Assembly (NCBI GenBank): GCA_029202665.1
Contig: CP119326.1
Location: 589,092 to 653,091, forward strand
Length of the DNA stretch: 64,000 bases
Direction: 5' to 3'
Source of the DNA: Candidatus Brevundimonas colombiensis
Lineage (GTDB): Bacteria > Pseudomonadota > Alphaproteobacteria > Caulobacterales > Caulobacteraceae
In this document: positions 1 to 9,293 of the stretch, piece by piece
How the letters are laid out: each line of letters starts with the position of its first letter
How positions within the stretch are numbered: the first letter of the stretch is position 1
Program-made: the position numbers and the translations under genes
The notes under the pieces: generated by a model
What the model saw: the letters and a program-made list of their open reading frames with translations, nothing else
Told to the model about the DNA's origin: nothing
Databases searched by the model: none

Positions 1-946
1 GGAAATCATCCAGCGCGCCGTAGAAGGCCCGGGGCTGGTCGAACATGATGAAGTGGGCGCTGTCGTCGATCCGTTTCAGGGTCGCGCCCGGCAGGCCGGC
101 GTAGGAGGCCTGATAGATGGCGTCGGTGATTTCCGGCGTCATGCGCGCGTCGTTGAACTTGACGTACAGCACCTCTGTCGGGGCGGTGATCCGGGGCAGT
201 TCGGGACGCAGGTCGGTGGCGACCAGTTCGCGGAAGGCCGCAGCCGAGACCTTCTGATCGCTGTCGCGCATGTTTTGCAGGGCCAGTTCGCGGCGGGCCT
301 CGGTGTTGATCATGCCGGTGATGGAGGCCGTGGCCTGGGCGACATAGGCGTCGCGCGGGCTGTTGGCCTGGGCGGCCCAGATCTGGTCGGCGATGGGCGC
401 CGCCGTCTCGGCCGTCGCGCCGGGGGCGGCGAACATCGCGCCCATGAAGGGGACCATGTCCACCACCATCAACCGTCCGACCTGATCGGGATGGCGCGCC
501 GCCAGCATCAGGCCGATGGTCCCGCCCATCGAATGGCCGACGACGGCGGGCCTGGTCAGACCCTGTTCGCGGATGTAGCGGGCGATCTCCTCGGCGACGG
601 GCGCGGCGACAGGCGTGGGCGCCGATCCGGTCTGGGCGTTTGCGGCGGGCGGCGCCCCGGCGAAGCCGTCGACCTGGATGCGGTGGATGCGCCAGCCCAC
701 GCCGTCCTGCGCGACCAGATGATCCACCGTCCCCTGCCAGATCTGGGGCGAGGAGCTGAGGCCGGGGATCAGGATGATGTCGCACCCGTCCCCATTCCCG
801 GCTCTGTCGCCGTCGACCGTCACCTGAATGCGATCGGACTGGAAGGCCGCAGGACCTTCGCCGGAATGCGTTCCGCGCCCGTCCTGGGCCGAGGCCGCGA
901 CAGGCGCGCCCAAGATGGCGGCGGCGATGGCGAGAATGCGGAGCAT
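1..946 (-). CDS. Secreted alpha/beta-fold hydrolase (3' end runs off the window)
   Basis: Manual translation from ATG at 946: MLRILAIAAAILGAPVAASAQD (signal-peptide-like), IILIPGLSSSP oxyanion region, VVGHSMGG nucleophile elbow. Not in the ORF track in this frame. Confidence 0.85.
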   Translation of the reverse strand, partial: MLRILAIAAAILGAPVAASAQDGRGTHSGEGPAAFQSDRIQVTVDGDRAGNGDGCDIILIPGLSSSPQIWQGTVDHLVAQDGVGWRIHRIQVDGFAGAPPAANAQTGSAPTPVAAPVAEEIARYIREQGLTRPAVVGHSMGGTIGLMLAARHPDQVGRLMVVDMVPFMGAMFAAPGATAETAAPIADQIWAAQANSPRDAYVAQATASITGMINTEARRELALQNMRDSDQKVSAAAFRELVATDLRPELPRITAPTEVLYVKFNDARMTPEITDAIYQASYAGLPGATLKRIDDSAHFIMFDQPRAFYGALDDF

Positions 947-1082
947 GGCGAAACGTCCCTTCGACGCCGTGAGCGGCGTTCTTCAGAAGGGAGTTAATCG
1001 CGTCCGGCCGCCGAGGGAAAGACGTGGCTTGGACAAACCGTCCCGCTTGCCTCGGCGCACGCCCTCTATGGCTGTGACGCCT

Positions 1083-1099
1083 GCGCTGTTAAACAGCGC
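1083..1099. promoter_or_regulatory. Perfect palindrome GCGCTGTT-A-AACAGCGC, candidate operator
   Basis: 8-bp inverted repeat with 1-nt spacer directly upstream of the Rieske gene, in the divergent intergenic region. Confidence 0.4.
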
Positions 1100-1101
1100 G
1101 G

Positions 1102-2235
1102 ATGACCGCCGCTCCCGTCTCGTCTCCCCAAGCCCCCGTCATGGCCGAAGCCGCCCCGGCCAAGGTGGGCGCGCAGCCGTTCGGCAAGGGGTTCATCGCC
1201 GACGCCTGGTATTTCGTCGCCCTGGGCCGGGACGTCGCGCCCGCCAGCCTGAAACGCTACGAGATCATGGGCGAGCCGGTCCTGGTCGGCCGCACCCGCG
1301 CGGGCCAGGTCTATGCGATGCGCGACATCTGCCCCCACCGGGCCGCACCCCTGTCGGCGGGGCGTCTGGTCGAGAAGCCCGGCGAGGGCGAGACGGTGGA
1401 ATGCCCCTATCACGGCTGGCGCTTCCGGCCCGACGGGGTCTGCGCCGCCATTCCTTCGCTGGTCGAGGCGCAGGCGTTCGAGGCGAACCGCATCCGCGTG
1501 CGGTCCTATCCGGTGCGCGAAAGCCAGGGGATCGTCTTCGTCTGGATGGCGTCTGACGCCCGCAATCCGATGGAGCCGGACCACGAACCGCCCGTCTTCC
1601 CCGGCGTGGTGGGCGGCGAGGCCAAGCTGGTCGAGGCGATGGATTTCGACAGCCATATCGACCACGCCGTCGTCGGCCTGATGGACCCGGCGCACGGCCC
1701 CTATGTCCACCAGCAATGGTGGTGGCGGTCCGAACATTCGATGCACGAAAAGGCCAAGGCCTTCGCCCCGACCGAGGCCGGCTGGGCCATGGTGCGCCAC
1801 GCCCCCTCGTCGAACAGCCGCCTCTACAAGATTCTGGGCGGGGCGCCGGCGACGGAGATCACCTTCCGCCTGCCGGGCTATCGCTGGGAACATATCCAGG
1901 TGGGCGAAAAACAGGTTCTGGCCCTGACCTGCCTGACGCCGATCACCGAGACCAAGACCCGCATCACCCAGATGTTCTGGTCCGACCACTGGGTGTTCGA
2001 CATCGCCAAACCCTTCCTGCGGATGGGCGTCGTGGCCTTCCTGAAACAGGATGGCGGCATGGTGAACCTGCAGAACGAGGGCCTGCGCTACGACCCCGCC
2101 CTGATCTGGATCGACGACGCCGACAAACAGGCCAAATGGTATCAGCAGCTGAAACGGGAATGGGTCAGAAGCCGGGCCGAGGACCGCGCATTCGTCAACC
2201 CGATCCAGCCGACGACCCTGAGGTGGAAGAGCTGA
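1102..2235 (+). CDS. Rieske non-heme iron oxygenase, alpha subunit (VanA/KshA-like); start may be 1141
   Basis: CPHRAAPL...CPYHGW Rieske ligands; DPAHGPYVH mononuclear Fe motif. Confidence 0.9.
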   Translation: MTAAPVSSPQAPVMAEAAPAKVGAQPFGKGFIADAWYFVALGRDVAPASLKRYEIMGEPVLVGRTRAGQVYAMRDICPHRAAPLSAGRLVEKPGEGETVECPYHGWRFRPDGVCAAIPSLVEAQAFEANRIRVRSYPVRESQGIVFVWMASDARNPMEPDHEPPVFPGVVGGEAKLVEAMDFDSHIDHAVVGLMDPAHGPYVHQQWWWRSEHSMHEKAKAFAPTEAGWAMVRHAPSSNSRLYKILGGAPATEITFRLPGYRWEHIQVGEKQVLALTCLTPITETKTRITQMFWSDHWVFDIAKPFLRMGVVAFLKQDGGMVNLQNEGLRYDPALIWIDDADKQAKWYQQLKREWVRSRAEDRAFVNPIQPTTLRWKS

Positions 2236-2244
2236 GTCAAAAAA

Positions 2245-2386
2245 CCTCTCCTTTTGGGAGAGGGCTTGAGCGCACGGCGGCGCAGCCGCCGTCCTCGCGC
2301 GAAAGGGTGAGGGTCGTTCCTGCGAGTCGGCCCACCGGCCGACCCTCATCCGACCCTTCGGGCCACCTTCTCCCAATGGGAGAAGG
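2245..2386. repeat. CIR-like palindromic intergenic repeat
   Basis: Arms CCTCTCCTTTTGGGAGAGGG...GGGTGAGGG and CCCTCATCCGACCCTTCGGGCCACCTTCTCCCAATGGGAGAAGG; GANTC site at 2324-2328; lies between convergent genes. Confidence 0.75.
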
Positions 2387-2395
2387 ATCATGGGT

Positions 2396-3412
2396 TCAGA
2401 TCTTCAACCCGTGCTCGGCGGCCAGGTCGGCCAGTTTGACCATCGGGCGGGGGCCCCAGTGGGCGATGACTTCGGAAGCGGCCAGCGAGCCGAGCCTGGC
2501 GGCGTCTTCCAGAGGCAGGCCGCGCGCAAGACCCAGCAGGAAGCCGGCAGCGTACTGGTCGCCGGCGCCGGTGGTGTCCACGACCTTGGCGACCGGATAG
2601 GCGGCGACGGTGACGCGCTGATCGCCCCGGATCACCACCGAGCCGTGTTCGCCGCGCGTGACGGCGGCGATGTCGACGATGGCGGCCAGCCGGGCGGCGG
2701 CGGCGTCGAAGTCGTCGGTCTCGAACAGGGCGCCCAGCTCGGCCTCGTTGGCCAGGACGATGTCGGCGGACTGGGTGATGAAGTCCAGCAGTTCGGCGCG
2801 CCAGCGGGCGACGACGAAGGTGTCGGACAGGGTGATGGCGACCTTGCGGCCCGCCTGGTGCGCGGCGGCGGCGGCGCGTTCGAAGGCGGCGCGGGCCGGG
2901 GCCGGGTCGAACAGATAGCCTTCCAGATAGACGATCTGGCTGGCGCCGATCAGGGCCTGATCGATGTCGTCGGCGTAAAGCTGGTTCGCGGCCCCCAGGA
3001 AGGTGGCCATGGTGCGCGCGCCGTCGGACAGCACATTGATCAGGCAGCGGCCGGTGCCGAAGCCCTGGTCGGCGCCGCCCGTCAGGACCGGGGTGTCGAA
3101 ATGGACGCCCGCCGCGCGGATGTCGTGGGTGAAGACCTGGCCCAGCGTATCGTCGGCGACCTTGCCGATATAGGCCGCGCGCCCGCCGAACGAACCGACG
3201 CCCGCCACGGTGTTGCCCGCCGAGCCGCCGGAAGCCTCCACGCCCGGCGCCATAGCGTCGTACAGGGCGGCGCTGCGTTCGGCGTCGACCAGCTGCATCG
3301 AGTTGGGGGCCAGGTCCTGGGCCGCGAGGAAGGCGGCGTCGCAGGGGCTGAGGACATCGACGATGGCGTTGCCGACGGCGCAGACATCGTATTGGGCGGT
3401 GTTCTGGATCAT
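2396..3412 (-). CDS. Adenosine kinase / PfkB family sugar kinase
   Basis: GNAIVD, SGGSAGNT and DTTGAGDQYAAGF PfkB signatures. Confidence 0.9.
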   Translation of the reverse strand: MIQNTAQYDVCAVGNAIVDVLSPCDAAFLAAQDLAPNSMQLVDAERSAALYDAMAPGVEASGGSAGNTVAGVGSFGGRAAYIGKVADDTLGQVFTHDIRAAGVHFDTPVLTGGADQGFGTGRCLINVLSDGARTMATFLGAANQLYADDIDQALIGASQIVYLEGYLFDPAPARAAFERAAAAAHQAGRKVAITLSDTFVVARWRAELLDFITQSADIVLANEAELGALFETDDFDAAAARLAAIVDIAAVTRGEHGSVVIRGDQRVTVAAYPVAKVVDTTGAGDQYAAGFLLGLARGLPLEDAARLGSLAASEVIAHWGPRPMVKLADLAAEHGLKI

Positions 3413-3504
3413 GATCGCGCCTTAGCGGCTGGAAGGCCGCGCGTCACCCGAAATCATATAAGGATGCCCTTATATGCCCGCCCCGGCTTCGCTATGAGGA
3501 CGTC

Positions 3505-4377
3505 ATGACCCAGATCGCCGTTCTGACGCCCGACCCCCAGGACAAATCCTACATCGGACGCTGGCCCGAGGTGCTGGCGCGGCTGACGGCGGTGCTGCAG
3601 GACACGGGCGCGCGCGTGGTCGCCACGCCCTGGACCGATCATGTGGAGGACGCCTCGGGGCTGGCCGCGCACGATCTGATCCTGCCGGTCATCACCTGGG
3701 GTTATCACCGCGATCACGACCGCTGGCTGGCGGCGTGCGAGACGTGGAGCCGTGCGGGCCTGCCGGTCGCCAATCCGGCCGAGGTGCTGCGCTGGAACTC
3801 GGACAAGTCCTATTTGGCGCGGCTGGCGGACCAGGGCGTGCCGATCCCGCCGACGCGCTGGACCGACGGCGTGACCCAGGATCAGGTGAACGCCGTCTTC
3901 GCCGAGACCGGGGCGCAGGTCCTGATTGTCAAGCCCACGGTGTCGGCCGGCGCCTTCCGCACCCTGCGCCTGTCGCCGGGCGAGGCTCTGACCGAGGCGC
4001 CGGAAGGGGCGGCGATGATCCAGCCCTATCTGAAATCCATCGAGACCGAGGGCGAGACCTCGCTGCTGGTCTTCGGCGGGTGCCTCAGCCATGCGGTCAA
4101 CAAACGCCCCGTGCCGGGCGACTTCCGCATCCAGATGCAGTTCGGCGGCCTGTACCAGACCGTGACGCCAGACGCCGAGGCGATGGCCCTGGCCGAACAG
4201 GTGTTGGCGGCCATCGCCGAGCCGCTGCTTTACGCCCGCATCGACATGGCGCGCGACGACGCCGGGCGCTGGGTGCTGATGGAGGCCGAACTGATCGAGC
4301 CCGACTTCTATCTGGATTATGATCCGGCCAACGGCGCGGGTTTCGCCGCCGCCGTGGCGGCGCGCCTGAAAGCCTAG
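3505..4377 (+). CDS. RimK/DcsG-like ATP-grasp protein
   Basis: WNSDKSYL, IVKPTVSAGA, MIQPYL, YARIDM and LMEAELIEP ATP-grasp motifs. Confidence 0.8.
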   Translation: MTQIAVLTPDPQDKSYIGRWPEVLARLTAVLQDTGARVVATPWTDHVEDASGLAAHDLILPVITWGYHRDHDRWLAACETWSRAGLPVANPAEVLRWNSDKSYLARLADQGVPIPPTRWTDGVTQDQVNAVFAETGAQVLIVKPTVSAGAFRTLRLSPGEALTEAPEGAAMIQPYLKSIETEGETSLLVFGGCLSHAVNKRPVPGDFRIQMQFGGLYQTVTPDAEAMALAEQVLAAIAEPLLYARIDMARDDAGRWVLMEAELIEPDFYLDYDPANGAGFAAAVAARLKA

Positions 4378-5117
4378 GCCGCCTCGCCCAGGGCGATCAG
4401 CCCGGCCCGCGACGGACACAGGTCGGCGATCAGACACGACAGGCATTTGGGCCTGCGCGCCGTGCAGGTGTAGCGGCCGTGCAGGATCAGCCAGTGGTGC
4501 GCCTTGGGCAGCCAGTCCTCGGGCACGACCTTGAACAGCTGATCCTCGACCTTGTCGGGCGTTCCGGCATTGGCCAGACCCAGCCGGTGCGAAACGCGGA
4601 AGACGTGGGTGTCCACCGCGATGGCCGCCTCGATCCCCAGCTCGTTCAGCACCACCGAGGCGGTCTTTCGCCCCACGCCGGGCAGGGCCTGAAGGTCCTT
4701 GCGGTTCAAGGGGACCTGGCCGCCATGCTGCTCCAGCACGATGCGGCTCAGCGCGATGACGTTTCGCGCCTTGCCGCGATAAAGGCCGATGGAGGCGATG
4801 TAGGGGATCAGCCCCTCCTCGCCCAGCGCCAGCATCTTTTGCGGCGTGTCGGCGACCTGGAACAGACGGTCTGTCGCCTTGTTGACCGAGACGTCGGTGG
4901 CCTGGGCCGACAGGGCCACGGCGACGACCAGCGTATAGGGGCTGGAAAAGTTCAGCTCGGTCTTGGGATCGGGCATGACCCCCGCCAGCCGTTCGAAGAT
5001 GGCCTCGACCCGATCCTCGTCGGGGGGCCAGCGCAGCACGGGGATGGCGGCGCCGGTCATGATCGACGGGCGTTTGGCCGGTTTGGCGGCGGGCTTTCCA
5101 GCCTTGACGGGCTTCAT
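4374..5117 (-). CDS. nth: Endonuclease III
   Basis: LSAQATDVSVN, HhH LPGVGRKTA, AVDTHVFRV and CTARRPKCLSCLIADLC 4Fe-4S motif. Confidence 0.95.
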   Translation of the reverse strand: MKPVKAGKPAAKPAKRPSIMTGAAIPVLRWPPDEDRVEAIFERLAGVMPDPKTELNFSSPYTLVVAVALSAQATDVSVNKATDRLFQVADTPQKMLALGEEGLIPYIASIGLYRGKARNVIALSRIVLEQHGGQVPLNRKDLQALPGVGRKTASVVLNELGIEAAIAVDTHVFRVSHRLGLANAGTPDKVEDQLFKVVPEDWLPKAHHWLILHGRYTCTARRPKCLSCLIADLCPSRAGLIALGEAA

Positions 5118-6448
5118 GCCTCGCTGTCGCCGTCATGCCGTCGCGGGTCAATCCCCAAGGCGGTCAGGGCCGCGTCCGCCGCCCGTTCGCCCTCCATCCA
5201 GGCCCCGTGGGCCGTGCCGTAATAGAGGGGCGCGGTCGCTTCCCCGGCCAGGAAGAGGCGGTCCTCGACGGCGACGCGCAGCTTCGCCCGATCGCCCGCG
5301 TGACCCGGCAGGGCGTGGGAATAGGCGCCCCGAGACCAGGGATCGACGCCCCAACCGCTGACGGCGACCGCATCCAGCCGCCGACGCATGTCCGATCCCA
5401 GGGCCGAGACCAGTTCGGACACGGCGAAATCCGCCAGGGCCGCCGGTCCCTGCGCCTCCAGCCCCCAGGCCAGATCGGCGCCGAAATAGGCCTCGATCAT
5501 CGGCCGGCCAAAAGGCCGCAGGTGATAACCGCCGGTCTGGGCGGTGTCGGTGCGGGTCCATAACTGGGTGTCGGGCTGGAAATCGCGCGCGCCGCGCACC
5601 GTCATATGCACCTTGGACGCCAGGCCCAGCGGCACGCCGGCGGTCGCCTCCAGCAGGGCCGGAACCGGCGGGTCGATGCGGACGGTCTCGTTGGCGATCA
5701 GGCTGTTGGGCGTGGTCAGGATGACGATCCGCGCCGTCAGCTCGCCCCGGCTGGTCTCCAGCCGCAGGGAGGCGCCGGACCGATCGATCCGACGCACGGC
5801 GCAGTCCGTCACCGTGACCGGGGCCGCCGCCTCGCCCAGGCGCGCGATCAGCCGACCATAGCCCTCGCGCACACGCCAGTTTACGCCCGTGTCGCCATAG
5901 GCGTCGTAGTCCAGGGTCGAGACCTCGGCGAAACGCGCGCCGTTCAGGGCGCCGGAGATGGCGTCCATATGGGCGTTCCAGCGGCAGTCGGGCTCGAACA
6001 GGTCGGCCGCCGGGCGGTCCTCGCCCTGACCGGCCCGGCAAAGAGAAGCCGCCTCCGCCACGCGCTGATCGAAGGCGGCGAAGGCTTCGCCGAACGCGGC
6101 CTGATCCGCCGGCGTCATCTCGTGGTCGAACGCCTGTTTGCGCCAGGGCGGCGGGGTCTGGTCCAGCGTCAGCCCCTCGGCCTCCACGCGGTCCGCCAGG
6201 ACATTGTCGTCGGCCGAGTGCAGCCAGCCGCAGCCCATGTCCAGGCCTTCGCCTTCGATCCGCTGGGTGAAGGCCCGACCGCCGATCCGGCTTCGCGCCT
6301 CCAGAACCAGCAGCGACAGGCCGGGCCGCATCAGGCGGCGCGCGGCCGCGATGCCCGCGGCGCCCGCGCCGACCACGACCACGTCCACCTGGGACGGAAG
6401 GGGATTGGCGGCCTTGGCGAAGTCGGTCATGCGGCGGGAAAGATACAC
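5114..6448 (-). CDS. Flavin monoamine oxidase family protein
   Basis: VVGAGAAG dinucleotide-binding motif, LEARSRIGGR, DMGCGWLH, FLAGEAT...GTAHGAWMEG. Confidence 0.9.
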   Translation of the reverse strand: MYLSRRMTDFAKAANPLPSQVDVVVVGAGAAGIAAARRLMRPGLSLLVLEARSRIGGRAFTQRIEGEGLDMGCGWLHSADDNVLADRVEAEGLTLDQTPPPWRKQAFDHEMTPADQAAFGEAFAAFDQRVAEAASLCRAGQGEDRPAADLFEPDCRWNAHMDAISGALNGARFAEVSTLDYDAYGDTGVNWRVREGYGRLIARLGEAAAPVTVTDCAVRRIDRSGASLRLETSRGELTARIVILTTPNSLIANETVRIDPPVPALLEATAGVPLGLASKVHMTVRGARDFQPDTQLWTRTDTAQTGGYHLRPFGRPMIEAYFGADLAWGLEAQGPAALADFAVSELVSALGSDMRRRLDAVAVSGWGVDPWSRGAYSHALPGHAGDRAKLRVAVEDRLFLAGEATAPLYYGTAHGAWMEGERAADAALTALGIDPRRHDGDSEA

Positions 6449-6505
6449 GAAATCCGCCCCGTCCGGACAGGACGCAAAACATTCGCATCAAGGGTCATTG
6501 ATTTC

Positions 6506-6521
6506 TGGACGATGAAGTCCA
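6506..6521. promoter_or_regulatory. TGGAC-N6-GTCCA palindrome, candidate TetR operator of emrAB
   Basis: Inverted repeat just downstream of a TTGATT -35-like hexamer (6498-6503) upstream of the efflux operon. Confidence 0.45.
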
Positions 6522-6567
6522 TTTTAGCGCCGCTTCAATCGGTCGCACCCCTCCCCCGGATTTCCCC

Positions 6568-7686
6568 ATGTCGCCTGCACTCAAGAAACGTCTGCCGCTG
6601 ATCGCGGCGGTGATCGTCGGCCTCGCGCTGATCGTTGGCGGCGCGATCTGGTGGCTGAACGGCCAGCGGTGGGAGAGCACCGACAACGCCTTTGTCCAGG
6701 CCGACACCACCCTGGTCAGCCCGCAGCTGTCGGGGCGCGTGACCGAGGTTCTGGTCGGCGACAACCAGCGGGTCGAGGCCGGCCAGATTCTGGTGAAGCT
6801 GGATAATTCCGACCAGAAGGCCCAGTTGGCCCAGGCCGAGGCCAATCTGGCCGCCGCCCTCGCCGCCGTGGGGCACGTCGACGCCCAGGCCGAGCAGGAA
6901 CAGGCGACCATCGCCGCCCGCGCCGCCGCCGTCAGCCAAGCCCACGCACAGGCCGGCCTGGCCAGCGCCGAGGTCGACCGTTACGGCAGGCTGGCCGAAC
7001 AGGGCTGGGTCTCGCAACAACGCATCCAGACCGAACGCGCCTCGGCCGCCACCGCCGCCGCCAGCGTGCAGCAGGCCCAGGCCGCCCTGGTCGCCGAACA
7101 GCGCACCGCCGGCGTGCTGGGCTCGACCCGCCAGCAGAGCGTCGCCGCCGTCGAACAGGCCCGCGCCGTCGTCGATCAGGCGCGCATCGCCCTGGAGCGC
7201 ACGGTGATCCGCGCCCCCGCCGCAGGCGTCGTCGGCGCGCGCAGCGTCCGCCCCGGCCAGTATGTGAATGCCGGAACTCAGTTGCTGTCCATCGTGCCCC
7301 TGACCCACACCTATATCGTCGCCAACTTCAAGGAGACGCAGTTGGACAAGGTGCGCCTGGGTCAGGCCGTCGAGATTTCCGCCGACGCCTTCCCCGGCCG
7401 CAAAATCCAGGGCCGGGTCGACAGCTTCGCCCCCGCCACCGGCTCGGAATTCGCCCTGATCCCGGTCGAGAACGCCACCGGCAACTTCACCAAGATCACC
7501 CAGCGCGTGCCCGTGCGGATCGTGGTCAGCGGCGACGACCGGAACCTGGCCCTGCGACCGGGCCTGTCGGTGGACGTCAAGATCGACCTGAAGAGCCAGG
7601 GCGGCCAGAGCTTCGCCGAAGCCGCGACCGGCGCAGTCGCCTCCGCCGCCGCCCCGTCCACGACGACAGGAGCCGCAGGCCAGTGA
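6568..7686 (+). CDS. emrA: HlyD/EmrA family efflux adaptor
   Basis: STDNAFV, coiled-coil hairpin, VANFKETQL, ENATGNFTKITQRVPVRI. Confidence 0.92.
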   Translation: MSPALKKRLPLIAAVIVGLALIVGGAIWWLNGQRWESTDNAFVQADTTLVSPQLSGRVTEVLVGDNQRVEAGQILVKLDNSDQKAQLAQAEANLAAALAAVGHVDAQAEQEQATIAARAAAVSQAHAQAGLASAEVDRYGRLAEQGWVSQQRIQTERASAATAAASVQQAQAALVAEQRTAGVLGSTRQQSVAAVEQARAVVDQARIALERTVIRAPAAGVVGARSVRPGQYVNAGTQLLSIVPLTHTYIVANFKETQLDKVRLGQAVEISADAFPGRKIQGRVDSFAPATGSEFALIPVENATGNFTKITQRVPVRIVVSGDDRNLALRPGLSVDVKIDLKSQGGQSFAEAATGAVASAAAPSTTTGAAGQ

Positions 7687-9293
7687 CCGCCGCCGCCCCC
7701 GCCGCTGAAGGCGGGGCCCCCGCCGCGTCCAAGGGCCCCGTCGCCGGCCATCCCGAGATCAACTGGACCATGCTGCTGCTGGGCTTCGCCGGCATGGTGG
7801 TGGGTCAGTTCATGGCCATCCTGGACATCCAGATCGTCGCCGCCTCCCTGCCCCAGATCCAGGCGGGCGTCGGCGCTTCGGCCGACGAGATCAGCTGGAT
7901 CCAGACCGCCTATCTGATCCCCGAGGTGGTGATGATCCCGCTGTCGGGCTTCCTGTCGCGCCTATGGGGCACGCAGCGATTGTTCCTGGCCTCGTGCGCC
8001 GGCTTCGTGCTGATGAGCATCGCCACCGGCCTGTCGTCGTCCATCGACACGATGATCCTGTTCCGCGCCATCCAGGGCTTCGTCGGCGGGGCCATGATCC
8101 CGACGGTCTTCGCCGTGGCCTTCACCGCCTTCCCCCCCGACAAGCGGGTCACGGCCAGCGTGGTCATGGGGCTGATCGTCACCCTGGCCCCCACGGTCGG
8201 CCCGACGCTGGGCGGGCACCTGACCGAATGGCTGAGCTGGCGCTGGCTGTTCTTCATCAATGTCGGGCCGGGCCTGATCGTGCTGTTCCTGGTCGGCCGC
8301 TACGCCAACTTCGACAAGGGCGATCCGTCCCTGGCCAAGGGGTTCGACTGGTGGGGGCTGGGCTTCATGGCCGCCTTCCTGATGTCGATGCAGTTCGTGC
8401 TGGAGGAAGGGGCCAAGAACGACTGGTTCGACGACACCCACATCCTGCTGCTTTCGGTGGTGGCGGCGGTCGCCGGGCCGATCTTCGTCTGGCGCTCGTT
8501 GACCTATCGCCAGCCGATCGTAGAGCTGCGCGCCTTCGCCAACCGCAACTTCCTGGTCGGCTTCATCATGACCTTCATCGTCGGGTTCGCCCTGTTCGGC
8601 GGCACCTTCCTGCTGCCGCTGTTCCTGGGTCGGGTGCTGCACTATTCCTCGTCCGAGGTCGGCACCACCATGGTCGTCTCCGGCCTGGCCATGTTCGCCA
8701 CCGCCCCCTTTGCGGGACGGCTGGTGCGCAAGATGGATGCCCGTATCCTGATGTTCGGCGGCTTCATGATGTGCGCCTGGGGCATGTGGGAGGCGCGGCT
8801 CGTCACCGAGACCTGGGGCTTCTGGGAGTTCGCCTCGGTCCAGGCCTTCCGAGGCATAGGGGTAATGCTGGCCATGATCGCCTCGCAGCAGGTGACGATG
8901 GCCACCCTGCCGCCGCACATGATCAAGAACGCATCGGGGCTGGTGAATCTGGCGCGCAACGTCGGCGGGGCCTTTGGCCTGGCCATACTGAACACCAGCC
9001 TGACCTCCAACACCGCCCTGCACATGACCGAACTGACCAGCGCCATAGGCCAGGGCGACCAGGCGGTGCGTCAGATGCTGGCCGGCATGACCCAGCGCTT
9101 CGCCGGCACCATCGACCCGGCCGCCTCGGCGATGAAGGCCATCTATGGCATCCTGCAGCGTCAGGCGACGACCATGGCGTTCGGCGACGCCTTCGCCCTG
9201 TTGGGGGTGATGTGCGCGGGGGCGGCCTTCGTCACCCTGCTGGCCCAGCCGGTCAAGGCCCAGGCCGGCGCCCCGCCCTCGGACGCCCACTGA
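7683..9293 (+). CDS. emrB: DHA2 family MFS efflux permease
   Basis: FMAILDIQIV, WIQTAYL, APTVGPTLGG, WRWLFFINV; many hydrophobic segments; 4-nt overlap with emrA. Confidence 0.92.
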   Translation: MTAAAPAAEGGAPAASKGPVAGHPEINWTMLLLGFAGMVVGQFMAILDIQIVAASLPQIQAGVGASADEISWIQTAYLIPEVVMIPLSGFLSRLWGTQRLFLASCAGFVLMSIATGLSSSIDTMILFRAIQGFVGGAMIPTVFAVAFTAFPPDKRVTASVVMGLIVTLAPTVGPTLGGHLTEWLSWRWLFFINVGPGLIVLFLVGRYANFDKGDPSLAKGFDWWGLGFMAAFLMSMQFVLEEGAKNDWFDDTHILLLSVVAAVAGPIFVWRSLTYRQPIVELRAFANRNFLVGFIMTFIVGFALFGGTFLLPLFLGRVLHYSSSEVGTTMVVSGLAMFATAPFAGRLVRKMDARILMFGGFMMCAWGMWEARLVTETWGFWEFASVQAFRGIGVMLAMIASQQVTMATLPPHMIKNASGLVNLARNVGGAFGLAILNTSLTSNTALHMTELTSAIGQGDQAVRQMLAGMTQRFAGTIDPAASAMKAIYGILQRQATTMAFGDAFALLGVMCAGAAFVTLLAQPVKAQAGAPPSDAH

